A DNA stretch of 55,598 nucleotides from Candidatus Buchananbacteria bacterium (GTDB lineage: Bacteria > Patescibacteriota > Patescibacteriia > 2-01-FULL-39-33). Under the pieces are notes generated by a model, which did no database searches, had not been told where the DNA came from, and saw only the letters and a list, made by a program, of their open reading frames with translations. Of this stretch, positions 26,702 through 35,862 are shown piece after piece. Both the position numbers and the translations under genes were made by a program. Positions within the stretch are counted from its first letter, which is position 1; every line of letters begins with the position of its first letter. The stretch is from contig CAISTG010000038.1 in the NCBI GenBank assembly GCA_903888345.1, positions 1 through 55,598 on the forward strand, in the 5' to 3' direction.

Positions 26702-29320
26702 ATGGAAGATAAAATCATTATCCGCGGCGCGCGGGTTCACAATTTAAAGAATGTTTCGCTGGAAATACCGCACAATAAGCTAACGGTGATGACTGGCGTC
26801 TCGGGAAGCGGCAAGTCTTCCTTGGCTTTTGATACCATTTTTGCTGAAGGCCAACGCCGTTATATTGAGTCTTTGAGCCCTTATGCTCGTCAATTCTTGG
26901 GTCAAATGAAACCGGCTGATGTTGATGAAATCATTGGTTTAGCACCAGCGATTAGTATTGACCAAAAGGCTCTCTCCCATAACCCACGTTCGACCGTGGG
27001 AACTTTAACTGAGATTTATGATTACTTGCGCGTATTGTATGCGCGTTTAGGAGAAGTCTATTGTCCTTTATGTGGTACTAAGATTTCTAAAATGGCACTT
27101 GATGAAATGTTAGAGATCATTGCTGGGCGTGCTAAAGAATTGGGAGCGGAGCATGTTAAAATATTGGCTCCAGTAGTTGTTGATCGCAAAGGCGAATATT
27201 ATCAAATGCTTTACGATCAATTGGCGCTCGGTTATAGTGAAGCCAGAATCGACGGCACCTATTATTCTTTGCGCGATCAAATTAAATTAACTAAAACTAA
27301 AAATCATTCAATTGATATTGTTGTTGATAAGGTGATGCCTGATGCTGAGTCGCGCTTATCAGAATCAGTGGAAGCGTCACTCGACATGGCAAATGGTTTA
27401 GTGCGTATTATTTTTTCTGATGGCGCCAAAGATTTAAGTGAAATGCTCTTATCATCTAATTGGACTTGTCCGAATGATGGTTTTGCTTTTCCCGAATTAG
27501 AGCCGCGCTTATTTTCTTTTAATTCGCCACATGGCGCCTGCCCCGAATGTCATGGCTTAGGCCATAAAGAAAAATGGGTCTTGCGCGAAAAAACCGAAGA
27601 TGATGATGACGATAATAAATATGAACGTGTAGTAGAAGACTGTTTGGTTTGCGAAGGCAAGCGCTTGAATGAAAATGCCTTATCGGTAAGAATTAATAAT
27701 AAAAATATTGCTGAAGTAACTGCTTTGAGTTTAGATAAAGCGCATCATTTCTTTGCTGACTATTATAATAAAATGACGGAACGCCAAAAAACGATCGGTG
27801 AAACCGTGGTTTACGAAATTTCAGCGCGCTTAGATTTCTTACTGAAAGTTGGAATTAATTATTTGACGCTCGATCGCGGTGCGGAAACACTCTCGGGTGG
27901 CGAAGCGCAACGCATTCGTTTGGCTTCCCAAATTGGTTCACATTTATCGCATACACTATACGTGTTAGATGAACCGACGATTGGCTTGCACGAACGTGAT
28001 ACTGATCGTTTGATTGAAACCTTAAAATCCTTGCGTGATCAAAATAATACCGTGGTCGTGGTTGAACATGACGAGCGTACCATTATGGAATCAGATTTTT
28101 TGGTTGATCTCGGTCCTTATGCTGGGAGACACGGCGGGGAAGTAGTAGCGATTGGTGAAACCAAAAAGTTGTTGGCACCAGTTGTCGCCAAACCAACGCG
28201 CGGTAAAACTGCGAAATCAGTAACAGCGCCGGCGGTTAGTACTGATTTTCCTAAATCCTTAACCTTACAATATTTACGCGGCGAAAAAGAAATTAATTTA
28301 GATCGCGCGCGTCGCGTTAAGGAAGCTGAATCTATAAAAGTGATTGGAGCGAAAGTGAATAATTTAAAGAATATTGATGCCGAATTTCCATTGCGCAAAT
28401 TAGTGGTTATCACTGGTGTCTCCGGATCAGGCAAGTCAACTTTACTCTATGACGCTTTGTATGAAAACTTACTGAAAGTAAAACACGGTTTCCGTAAGGA
28501 TATGCATGGAATTGCCAAGTTAATCGGCAGCGAGTATATCAATAAGATTGTCATTGTTAATCAGTCACCAATCGGCCGCACGCCGCGTTCTAATCCGGCG
28601 ACTTATACTGGTATCTTTACGCCGATCCGTGAATTCTTTGCGCAATTGCCGGCCAGCCAAGAACGCGCTTATACTCCATCACGTTTTTCTTTTAATCGTC
28701 CCGGCGGACGCTGTGAATCGTGCGATGGTGCTGGTTTTAACTTGATTGAAATGCATTTCTTGCCAGCGGTGTTAGCGGAGTGCGAAGTTTGCCGTGGCAA
28801 AAGATTTAATCGCGAAACGTTGCAGGTTAAATATAAAAATAAAAATATCGCTGAGGTTTTGCAATTGACCATTGATGAGGCCGTCGATTATTTTGATGGC
28901 CAATATTTGATTACGGATAAGTTAAAAGTTTTGTCGGAAGTTGGTTTGGGTTATTTACAATTAGGCCAATCAGCCACGACCTTATCGGGCGGTGAAGCGC
29001 AACGCATTAAATTGGCACGCGAACTGACTCATACCCTAGGCTCAAAAACTTTATATCTTTTAGATGAGCCATCGGTGGGATTGCATTACCATGATATTGA
29101 ATTGCTTTTACATACTCTAAATAAATTAATCGACAAAGGGAATAGCGTGATTGTGATCGAACACAATATGCATATTATTAAAGAGGCGGATTGGGTGATT
29201 GATCTTGGCCCGGAAGGTGGCGATGGCGGTGGTAAGATTGTTGCCAAAGGCACACCAGAACAAGTCGCTAATGCTAAGGACTCGTTAACTGGCAGTTATT
29301 TAAGAAAATATTTGAAATAA
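26702..29320 (+). CDS. uvrA: excinuclease ABC subunit A (short form)
   Basis: Two ABC cassettes (GVSGSGKS, LSGGEAQRI), zinc fingers and FSFNSPHGAC. Confidence 0.97.
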   Translation: MEDKIIIRGARVHNLKNVSLEIPHNKLTVMTGVSGSGKSSLAFDTIFAEGQRRYIESLSPYARQFLGQMKPADVDEIIGLAPAISIDQKALSHNPRSTVGTLTEIYDYLRVLYARLGEVYCPLCGTKISKMALDEMLEIIAGRAKELGAEHVKILAPVVVDRKGEYYQMLYDQLALGYSEARIDGTYYSLRDQIKLTKTKNHSIDIVVDKVMPDAESRLSESVEASLDMANGLVRIIFSDGAKDLSEMLLSSNWTCPNDGFAFPELEPRLFSFNSPHGACPECHGLGHKEKWVLREKTEDDDDDNKYERVVEDCLVCEGKRLNENALSVRINNKNIAEVTALSLDKAHHFFADYYNKMTERQKTIGETVVYEISARLDFLLKVGINYLTLDRGAETLSGGEAQRIRLASQIGSHLSHTLYVLDEPTIGLHERDTDRLIETLKSLRDQNNTVVVVEHDERTIMESDFLVDLGPYAGRHGGEVVAIGETKKLLAPVVAKPTRGKTAKSVTAPAVSTDFPKSLTLQYLRGEKEINLDRARRVKEAESIKVIGAKVNNLKNIDAEFPLRKLVVITGVSGSGKSTLLYDALYENLLKVKHGFRKDMHGIAKLIGSEYINKIVIVNQSPIGRTPRSNPATYTGIFTPIREFFAQLPASQERAYTPSRFSFNRPGGRCESCDGAGFNLIEMHFLPAVLAECEVCRGKRFNRETLQVKYKNKNIAEVLQLTIDEAVDYFDGQYLITDKLKVLSEVGLGYLQLGQSATTLSGGEAQRIKLARELTHTLGSKTLYLLDEPSVGLHYHDIELLLHTLNKLIDKGNSVIVIEHNMHIIKEADWVIDLGPEGGDGGGKIVAKGTPEQVANAKDSLTGSYLRKYLK

Positions 29321-29356
29321 AAAATGCCCGCTCTGTCTTACGACATTGCGGGCTTT
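29320..29356. terminator. terminator between convergent genes
   Basis: gcccgc...gcgggc flanked by A and T tracts. Confidence 0.65.
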
Positions 29357-29387
29357 ATTGTTGTACAATTCGCTAGTATGCGCTGGT

Positions 29388-30164
29388 CTAGAATCCTTTG
29401 CTCATGCTAGGTCGACCACTGCCCAAACGTTCGGACAGCTTTTGGTACCAGGGACGTCGTGTCCATAAGTTATCATACTGAGTCTGCAGTTGGTCACGTT
29501 GTGACTTAAATATTTCAATTTGTGTCGTCAGGCTATTTTCAGTCGTCTCCAATTCGACAATTCTCTGATACAGCCTGGCACGCTCGGATTCAAGGTCTTC
29601 AACGCAGCCTTGCCGGCTTGTGAGAAGGTCTTTCAATCGGCGAATTTCCGTCTGGAAACTGTTGAGCGTTGTTTCTGAGTCCTTGAGTTGTTGCTGCAGT
29701 TCCTTGACGAGCTCAGGAGCGGTTTTGTCAACCGGTAGCGGACTCAGCTCGTTGGCCACGATAGCCTGGTACAGTCCAATGACATCATCGATACAATCGC
29801 CGTAAACTTCGACGATACAATGGATGGACGCGCCACTGGGATTGAGATGTTGGGTAACTCGGGCCTCGGATCGGGAAAATTTTTCATCCCGGTAGATGCC
29901 AGGCTCGCGAAAGCCACGCACATCGCTGTTGAAGATCGAGCAGGTCCCATCCAGCAACTCGCTGAACACACAAGGAACTTTGCCGTTGGCGGCATCGATG
30001 AAGAATTGACCTTGGTCAAATCTGATCGGCAAGCTGGCAATGGAGTGATATACATTTGGTCCCTTGCTGTCAGTTCCATGTTGGCCGTGGTTCATGACCT
30101 TGTCCGCATCAAAGTAGACTCGCACTGTCGTCGGAATAAACACGGGCTTCGTTGAATTTTCCAT
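29388..30164 (-). CDS. hypothetical protein: globular N-domain, coiled coil and RRPW tail
   Basis: Start at 30164 supported by SD aaggag; heptad-rich C-terminal half ending RRPWYQKLSERL. Confidence 0.75.
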   Translation of the reverse strand: MENSTKPVFIPTTVRVYFDADKVMNHGQHGTDSKGPNVYHSIASLPIRFDQGQFFIDAANGKVPCVFSELLDGTCSIFNSDVRGFREPGIYRDEKFSRSEARVTQHLNPSGASIHCIVEVYGDCIDDVIGLYQAIVANELSPLPVDKTAPELVKELQQQLKDSETTLNSFQTEIRRLKDLLTSRQGCVEDLESERARLYQRIVELETTENSLTTQIEIFKSQRDQLQTQYDNLWTRRPWYQKLSERLGSGRPSMSKGF

Positions 30165-30255
30165 GTCTTTGCTCCTTCTTGCTGCTCGGTGTATTCGCCT
30201 GGCTTCTACCATGACGGGCCGTAGTCAGCTTTGGAGTTGCGGTTTTGATCGTGCT

Positions 30256-30308
30256 GGAACACCCAGTACAAATCATTAAATTGTATCATGTTTTGTAATG
30301 TTTGTCAA
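30256..30308 (-). promoter_or_regulatory. sigma70 promoter with conserved 22-bp downstream element
   Basis: TTGACA-N17-TACAAT (extended TG), then aatgatttgtactgggtgttcc. Confidence 0.75.
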
Positions 30309-30360
30309 TAGGCGGGGCTAATTTATCCATAATACGAGAAATAAATGTTTAAATTTAAAT

Positions 30361-30396
30361 AAAAAAAGCCCCGCCGATCATTCTATCTGGCGGGGC
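30361..30396 (-). terminator. intrinsic terminator
   Basis: gccccgcc/ggcggggc with a minus-strand U tract. Confidence 0.8.
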
Positions 30397-30419
30397 ATTG
30401 CGTTCAAAAAAAGTACTGA

Positions 30420-30617
30420 TTACGACTGATAGGGTCGAGTTTCACATATGGCGGTGCAGGTCATTACACGACCCTTGCCTTCGCGTGAGGTGTTCGTCTC
30501 GGTTTGAATAACGACCCATTTATCCTGATTCGGATCATCCTCGGCGAAGCATTCTTCGAGGTTCTCGTTGAGATTTTCCATCTCACGCTCAAGTTCCTCG
30601 GTCAACCTTTTCGCCAA
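30420..30617 (-). CDS. small acidic hypothetical protein (start uncertain, possibly frameshifted)
   Basis: Frame stays open upstream to a TGA near 30677; the SD-supported ATG near 30689 is in another frame. Confidence 0.4.
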   Translation of the reverse strand: MAKRLTEELEREMENLNENLEECFAEDDPNQDKWVVIQTETNTSREGKGRVMTCTAICETRPYQS

Positions 30618-30723
30618 CTGTCCAATGCCCAGAAGGCCGAATTCAGTCTCAACGCCACAAACACAACCTTTCGGTCACTGACGGGGGCATTTTTTTCATC
30701 ATTGATTCCTTGTTGTTGTTCGG

Positions 30724-31359
30724 TCAGACCTTCAGCCACAATGGCCGAAGGAAGATGAGTGTCAAAATACATGTATTATTAAAAGAGAAACCAATCGGCT
30801 GAATCATATCGGCCCAAGTCAAATGGGGTATGGCAATCACCGCACAGACACAGGACAGCCAACCCAGGGTCCAAGCCAGTTTGTTTTCTCGTTGGGGCTT
30901 TTCCCAAATCGAGATAACGGTCGGAATGGCACCAATCAGATTAACTCCGGCGGCAACCAGGATGGCAATTACTGGATTAATTGGTAAGAGCCAGAGAAAA
31001 ATTCCCACTTCGGCTCCGAAGATGCAAACCTTTTCCAGTTGCGTCCAGCCACCCTTGCCCTTGATGAGTGCGAGAGTCGTAATCATGGTGACGCTGCACA
31101 TAATTCCGCACATTTGCCAGTTTAGTGTTTTCGCCGAATACATACCCAGAAAGGTAATGGCGTCGACTGCAAACCAAATGATCCACGACGATTTGGCCGG
31201 ACGAACATCCGGATTGGTGATCACAGCCTTAGTATAAGGAATAGCTCCGGCAATGCAGAGGATCCCGGCAATAACGCCGATAACTATTTGGGCTAGCAAA
31301 AAGTACATGCCAGGAACGAAGTTCACCAGCAAGATTAGACACGCTAGACTGTCACGCAT
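30724..31359 (-). CDS. multi-pass membrane protein (PQ-loop-like repeat)
   Basis: About seven TM helices; IPY...RPAKSSWIIW and IPT...W.KP..E...W halves; SD aaggagg. Confidence 0.75.
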   Translation of the reverse strand: MRDSLACLILLVNFVPGMYFLLAQIVIGVIAGILCIAGAIPYTKAVITNPDVRPAKSSWIIWFAVDAITFLGMYSAKTLNWQMCGIMCSVTMITTLALIKGKGGWTQLEKVCIFGAEVGIFLWLLPINPVIAILVAAGVNLIGAIPTVISIWEKPQRENKLAWTLGWLSCVCAVIAIPHLTWADMIQPIGFSFNNTCILTLIFLRPLWLKV

Positions 31360-31375
31360 TCACTATCCTCCTTTT

Positions 31376-31639
31376 CTAGAAGTTAATTCGCTCAAAACAA
31401 TAATTGAGAGCGAGTCGGCAATCGTCGCAGATTTGCTCAAACCAGGGGCGACGCGCCAACCTGAGTTGTTCGGTCTGTTGATCAGACAGCTTCTGATTAG
31501 CTTCCACCAGCTTGGTTAAGCGCTGTATTTCCCGATTTGCTACTCGTAGTGCTTGGGTGGCCCGTTCAATGGCGGCGTCCTTTGCGACACCCGCCTGCTT
31601 TAGCTCGGCGATAATCCGTTGTTCGTTAGTCATATCCAT
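31376..31639 (-). CDS. small coiled-coil protein with RRPW tail
   Basis: SD aggag; heptads then RRPWFEQI. Confidence 0.7.
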   Translation of the reverse strand: MDMTNEQRIIAELKQAGVAKDAAIERATQALRVANREIQRLTKLVEANQKLSDQQTEQLRLARRPWFEQICDDCRLALNYCFERINF

Positions 31640-31688
31640 CGTATTTACTCCTGTTAGGTAGTATATTTTAGAGTACGTTGATTCTAAA

Positions 31689-31741
31689 GGAACGCCCAGT
31701 AGAAATCATTTCATCATATCATATTTTAATAAATTTGTCAA
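31689..31741 (-). promoter_or_regulatory. sigma70 promoter with conserved 22-bp downstream element
   Basis: TTGACA-N17-TATGAT (extended TG), then aatgatttctactgggcgttcc. Confidence 0.75.
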
Positions 31742-31851
31742 TCAAGACCAAACTGCTCGTAAACAATCGTCTAAATTTAAACAAAATTGTAAATATATTA
31801 CTAATTTTGGCTATTTACTGCTATAATACCTTTAGTTAGCTATCAATTTTT

Positions 31852-32463
31852 ATGAAAAATTTAGTTTCCATTTTGGTCATTATTACTTGCCTGGCTTTAA
31901 TTATTATCGGTTTGAGTAGTAAAAATATTTGGGTTAAATCTAATGAAACTAGCGCCAATCGAGTTACCGATTCGACCTCAAATGTGAAGGCCGAGACTTC
32001 GAGCCCGGTGACTCAGCGGGCAGTTATTAGTTCACAGTTAGCCAAGTATTATCCGGACGATGGTGCTGTCGCCGTTGACTCCGCTAGTCAAGCCGATCAG
32101 AACTTTATGCTAACGCCGCGCTTGCTAGCGCAGCTAGACTTGATTGATAAGTATAAGCCGGGAATTTGTTTTGGCACACCAGTAGCGCCAACTCAACTGA
32201 TGGTTGTTAATGCTTTGGACGTAAATCCGTCTTTAACGAAATACCTCAAGCAGCACTATAACTTAATGAGTGATCTAGACGTTTATAATAAATTAATACA
32301 ATTGCAAAACGTTAGTTTGATTGAAACGCAAAGTAGCAACTTCGACTTCAGTTTTGAAGACGGCGAATGTTCGAATGTTATTGTCTATCAGGGGACAATT
32401 AGTGTCGCCGATAATCAGGTTAGTGTTAAAGTTATTTCTTCGGCTACTAAATCACAACCATAA
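31852..32463 (+). CDS. exported or membrane-anchored hypothetical protein
   Basis: N-terminal hydrophobic segment, S/T linker and two Cys in the C-terminal domain. Confidence 0.7.
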   Translation: MKNLVSILVIITCLALIIIGLSSKNIWVKSNETSANRVTDSTSNVKAETSSPVTQRAVISSQLAKYYPDDGAVAVDSASQADQNFMLTPRLLAQLDLIDKYKPGICFGTPVAPTQLMVVNALDVNPSLTKYLKQHYNLMSDLDVYNKLIQLQNVSLIETQSSNFDFSFEDGECSNVIVYQGTISVADNQVSVKVISSATKSQP

Positions 32464-32467
32464 TTGT

Positions 32468-33283
32468 ATGATGAAATTTTTAAAAGTATTGTCACTAGCC
32501 GCGCTGATAATCATCGGTAGCGGTTGTCAAAAGCAAGGAAGTCTAGTGACGGTCTCATTGCAGCCAGAACCCCCAGCCACTAGTTCGATCACAAGCGTTA
32601 CAGCAACCTCAACCATCAAAAAGACGTCAACGCCGATTGTTGGTAGTACTGCGACGAAACCGACCTCTAGTCCAACCCAACAAGCTCAAATACCAAATGT
32701 TTTTCAATTGAATGTTGCGTTTGTGCAACAAGCACCTTTTGGTAAGTGGGATGTTGTTCATGAGGAAACCTGCGAAGAGGCTTCGATGATTATGGCGGAT
32801 AAGTATTTCCGTCAACAGCCACTTACTGAAACCATTGGTGAACAGGAAATTCAAAAAATTATTGCTTGGGAAAACTTACATAATTACACAGTTGATTTAA
32901 CCGCCGCCGAAACAGTCAAAGTTTTGAATGATTACTATGGCTTGTCCGCACGTTTAAGTCGCGATGTAACTGTTGATCGGATTAAGTATGAATTATTTAA
33001 GGGTAATATTGTAATTATACCAGCGGCCGGCCGTTTACTCGGTAACCCTAACTTTAAGGCGCCAGGACCCATTTACCATATGTTGCTGATCAAGGGCTAT
33101 AATGATACTGAATTTATTACGAATGACCCGGGGACGCGCAAGGGTAATAGCTATAAGTATTCATATGAGCGTTTACTAAATGCCATTCATGATTGGAATC
33201 CGGTTTTAGCAAAGGATGGAATGACTGATGGGGAAATGGCACAAGGTGAAAAGGTGATTATTGTGGTTGAAGGCAAATTATAA
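32468..33283 (+). CDS. C39-like (papain-fold) peptidase, probable lipoprotein
   Basis: GSGC lipobox-like site; T/S/P linker; QQAPFG.W...ETCEEAS, YHMLLIKGY, NDPG. Confidence 0.85.
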   Translation: MMKFLKVLSLAALIIIGSGCQKQGSLVTVSLQPEPPATSSITSVTATSTIKKTSTPIVGSTATKPTSSPTQQAQIPNVFQLNVAFVQQAPFGKWDVVHEETCEEASMIMADKYFRQQPLTETIGEQEIQKIIAWENLHNYTVDLTAAETVKVLNDYYGLSARLSRDVTVDRIKYELFKGNIVIIPAAGRLLGNPNFKAPGPIYHMLLIKGYNDTEFITNDPGTRKGNSYKYSYERLLNAIHDWNPVLAKDGMTDGEMAQGEKVIIVVEGKL

Positions 33284-33291
33284 CCAAAATT

Positions 33292-33358
33292 AAAAGGGCG
33301 GCCTTGACAGCCGCTTTTTTTGTTGGTATAATTATATTACTGAGTAATTTACTAGGAT
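33292..33358 (+). promoter_or_regulatory. overlapping terminator, sigma70 promoter and Rrf2/IscR-like operator
   Basis: gcggc-cTTGACA-gccgc-T tract; TTGACA-N17-TATAAT (33304-33332); imperfect palindrome tactgagt-aattt-actaggat (33338-33358). Confidence 0.7.
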
Positions 33359-33748
33359 ATGCTATTTACGACTAAAACTGAATATGGCTTAAAGGCTCTG
33401 GGCTTTTTGGCTAAATCTAAACTCAAAGAACCGGTATCACTAGGGGAAATTAGCCGGCAAACCGGTATTTCTTTAAGTTATCTTGAACAGATTTTCTCCA
33501 AACTCAAAAAGGGTGGAGTGGTCTTAAGTCTTAAGGGTGCTGACGGTGGTTATGTTTTGGCGCGTTCAGCTAAGCAGATTAATTTATTTGATATTATCGA
33601 AAGTATTGAGGGTGACCTCGAAATCTTCTATTGTATGGCTAATGGCGGTTGCTCGTCTCGGGGCTGCTTAACCAAAAAAGTCTGGGTAGATTTACAAGGC
33701 ACAATTACTAAGACACTAAAAAAATATAAACTAAGCGATTTGATTTAA
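33359..33748 (+). CDS. iscR: Rrf2-family (IscR-like) regulator
   Basis: TKTEYGL, ISLSYLEQIF.KL, G.DGGY.L, C-x5-C-x4-C-LT..VW. Confidence 0.85.
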   Translation: MLFTTKTEYGLKALGFLAKSKLKEPVSLGEISRQTGISLSYLEQIFSKLKKGGVVLSLKGADGGYVLARSAKQINLFDIIESIEGDLEIFYCMANGGCSSRGCLTKKVWVDLQGTITKTLKKYKLSDLI

Positions 33749-33751
33749 TAT

Positions 33752-33877
33752 ACTTTCAACTTTAAACACTTTATACTTTACACTTTAAACTTTCCACTTT
33801 ATACTTTATACTTTACACTTTAAACTTTCCACTTTTCACCTTCCACTTTAAACACTTTAAACTTTAAACTTTCCACT
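33752..33877 (+). repeat. heptamer tandem array (ACTTTNN)x17
   Basis: Directly readable; no G on the + strand over 126 bp. Confidence 0.95.
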
Positions 33878-33883
33878 AATAAT

Positions 33884-34261
33884 ATGTATACCGAAAAAGT
33901 AATGGATCATTTCAGTCACCCGCGCAATCAAGGCATTATTCCTGATGCCGATGCGATTGGCCAAGTTGGCAATCCGAAGTGTGGTGATGTCATGAAGATC
34001 TATTTGAAACTAAATAAAAACAAGACCGGAGATGATGTAATTAAAGACATTAAATTCGAAACTTTAGGTTGTGGTGCGGCCATTGCGACTTCTTCGATGT
34101 TAACGGAAATGGCTAAGGGCAAAACAATTAAAGAAGCTCTCAAAATCAAGAAATTAGATATCGCTGACGCCTTAGGTGGTTTGCCGGAACCGAAACTACA
34201 TTGTTCTATTCTGGCGCATGATGCTTTAGCTGAGGCGATTAAAAATTATCAAACTAAATAA
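33884..34261 (+). CDS. iscU: Fe-S cluster scaffold IscU/NifU-N
   Basis: YTEKVMDHF..PRN, GNPKCGD, GCGAAIA, KLHCS. Confidence 0.95.
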   Translation: MYTEKVMDHFSHPRNQGIIPDADAIGQVGNPKCGDVMKIYLKLNKNKTGDDVIKDIKFETLGCGAAIATSSMLTEMAKGKTIKEALKIKKLDIADALGGLPEPKLHCSILAHDALAEAIKNYQTK

Positions 34262-34275
34262 TATTAAAAATATAC

Positions 34276-34340
34276 GTCATCCTGAACTCGTGAAGGATCT
34301 CGCGACCAAAACATGAGATCCTTCGTAAACTCAGGATGAC
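34276..34340. repeat. REP-like palindrome pair (GTCATCCTGA...GAAGGATCT/AGATCCTTC...TCAGGATGAC)
   Basis: Long imperfect inverted repeat in the intergenic space. Confidence 0.8.
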
Positions 34341-34363
34341 AACAAAGCTAAATAATCTAAAAT

Positions 34364-34603
34364 ATGTCAGAATTAACTTTAAAAGAAAAAATTGAAAAAG
34401 CTCTAGACGCGATTCGACCACAACTGCAAATGGACGGCGGTAATGTGGAATTTGTCGCTTTTGATGAAGCGACTGGAGAATTACAAGTTAGAATGCAAGG
34501 CGCTTGCCATGGTTGTCCGATGGCCCAAATGACTTTACAAAATGGCATCAGCCTGGTCGTGAAAGAACAAGTGCCGGAAGTCAAAGCGGTGTTCGCCGTT
34601 TAA
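34364..34603 (+). CDS. NifU-C/NfuA-like Fe-S carrier
   Basis: IRPQLQMDGGNVE...GACHGCP. Confidence 0.92.
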   Translation: MSELTLKEKIEKALDAIRPQLQMDGGNVEFVAFDEATGELQVRMQGACHGCPMAQMTLQNGISLVVKEQVPEVKAVFAV

Positions 34604-34619
34604 AATAATCAACATTTTT

Positions 34620-35810
34620 ATGAAAGCGATCTATTTGGATAATGCGGCAACTACCAGAATCGACCCTAAGGTTTTGGCAGCGATGTTGCCTTATCTGCAG
34701 GAGGATTTCGCCAACGCCTCGTCGATTCACGACTTAGGCAATAAAAGTGCGGTCGCGGTAATGGCTGCTAGAGCCAAGGTGGCGACCTTTTTGGGCTGTT
34801 TACCGGAAGAAGTAATCTTTACCGGGGGAGCCACCGAAAGCGATAATTTGGCCATTCTGGGGCTAATTAAGGCCATTGTAGGGGCAAAATCTACTCTTAA
34901 GCCGCACGTGATTGTTTCGGCGATTGAGCACGAAGCTGTTTTAGAGCCGGCGCAGGTGCTTAAACGCGAAGGCGTGATTGAGCTGACTGTCTTACCAGTT
35001 AATAATTTCGGCTTAGTCGAATTAGCAGAATTAAAAAAAGCGATTAAACCGAACACGGTTTTGGTTTCCATTATGTTAGCTAATAATGAGATTGGCACCA
35101 TTGAACCGATTACGGAAATCGGCAATCTGCTGGAGCAATTAAATTTAACACGAACACAAAAAATCTATTTTCATACTGACGCCACGCAAGCCCCCGCGTA
35201 TGTTGATTGTAACGTCAAGAAATTAAAAGTTGATTTATTATCAATGTCAGCGCATAAGATTTATGGTCCCAAAGGCGTCGGGGCTCTCTATATTAAAAAG
35301 GGAACACCACTCAAACCCCTCGTCTACGGCGGTGGCCAAGAACGGAAAATTCGTTCCGGCACCTATAATGTCGCTGGTATTGTTGGTTTGGCGACAGCGA
35401 TCGAATTAATTAGTAATAAAAAATCCCGCGTTAAAGAAATCGGAGAGATTAAAAATTTGCGTGATTATTTAATTAAGGCCCTCAAGAAAATTCCGCGCGC
35501 GAAATTAAACGGTGCTCTTAAAAATCGTTTGGCTAATAATGTTAATTTTGTCTTTCCGGGTGTTGAAGGCGAAAGCATCGTCCTGATGTTGTCCCAAAAG
35601 GGAATTATGGCTTCCACTGGCTCGGCTTGCTCTTCCGGATCACTTGATCCGTCGCATGTTTTACTAGCGATTGGTTTGCCGGCAGAAATTGCTCATGGGA
35701 GTTTGCGTTTAACCTTGGGTAGATATACCACCAAAAAAGAAGTTGATGCCTTTATCAAGGCGTTGCCTCCAATTATAGAAAAGTTGAGACAGATGTCACC
35801 GTTAAAATAA
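34620..35810 (+). CDS. iscS: cysteine desulfurase (IscS/NifS group)
   Basis: YLDNAATT, HTDATQ, SAHKIYGPKG, STGSACSSG. Confidence 0.95.
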   Translation: MKAIYLDNAATTRIDPKVLAAMLPYLQEDFANASSIHDLGNKSAVAVMAARAKVATFLGCLPEEVIFTGGATESDNLAILGLIKAIVGAKSTLKPHVIVSAIEHEAVLEPAQVLKREGVIELTVLPVNNFGLVELAELKKAIKPNTVLVSIMLANNEIGTIEPITEIGNLLEQLNLTRTQKIYFHTDATQAPAYVDCNVKKLKVDLLSMSAHKIYGPKGVGALYIKKGTPLKPLVYGGGQERKIRSGTYNVAGIVGLATAIELISNKKSRVKEIGEIKNLRDYLIKALKKIPRAKLNGALKNRLANNVNFVFPGVEGESIVLMLSQKGIMASTGSACSSGSLDPSHVLLAIGLPAEIAHGSLRLTLGRYTTKKEVDAFIKALPPIIEKLRQMSPLK

Positions 35811-35817
35811 AAATATT

Positions 35818-35854
35818 AAAATCCCGCTGCCAGTTATTGGTAGCGGGATTTTTT
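35818..35854. terminator. bidirectional terminator
   Basis: aaaatcccgctgcca/tggtagcgggatttt. Confidence 0.85.
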
Positions 35855-35862
35855 AAAGTCGA

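Noticed and set aside
22116-30680. Alternative genetic code (TGA = Gly/Trp) suggested by in-frame TGAs in small ORFs
   Set aside because: Long conserved genes have no internal TGA, and TGA ends genes such as the YafQ-like toxin, so code 11 fits.
25330-31639. Prophage or integron
   Set aside because: No integrase, structural genes or attC-type sites were recognised, and uvrA sits in the middle.
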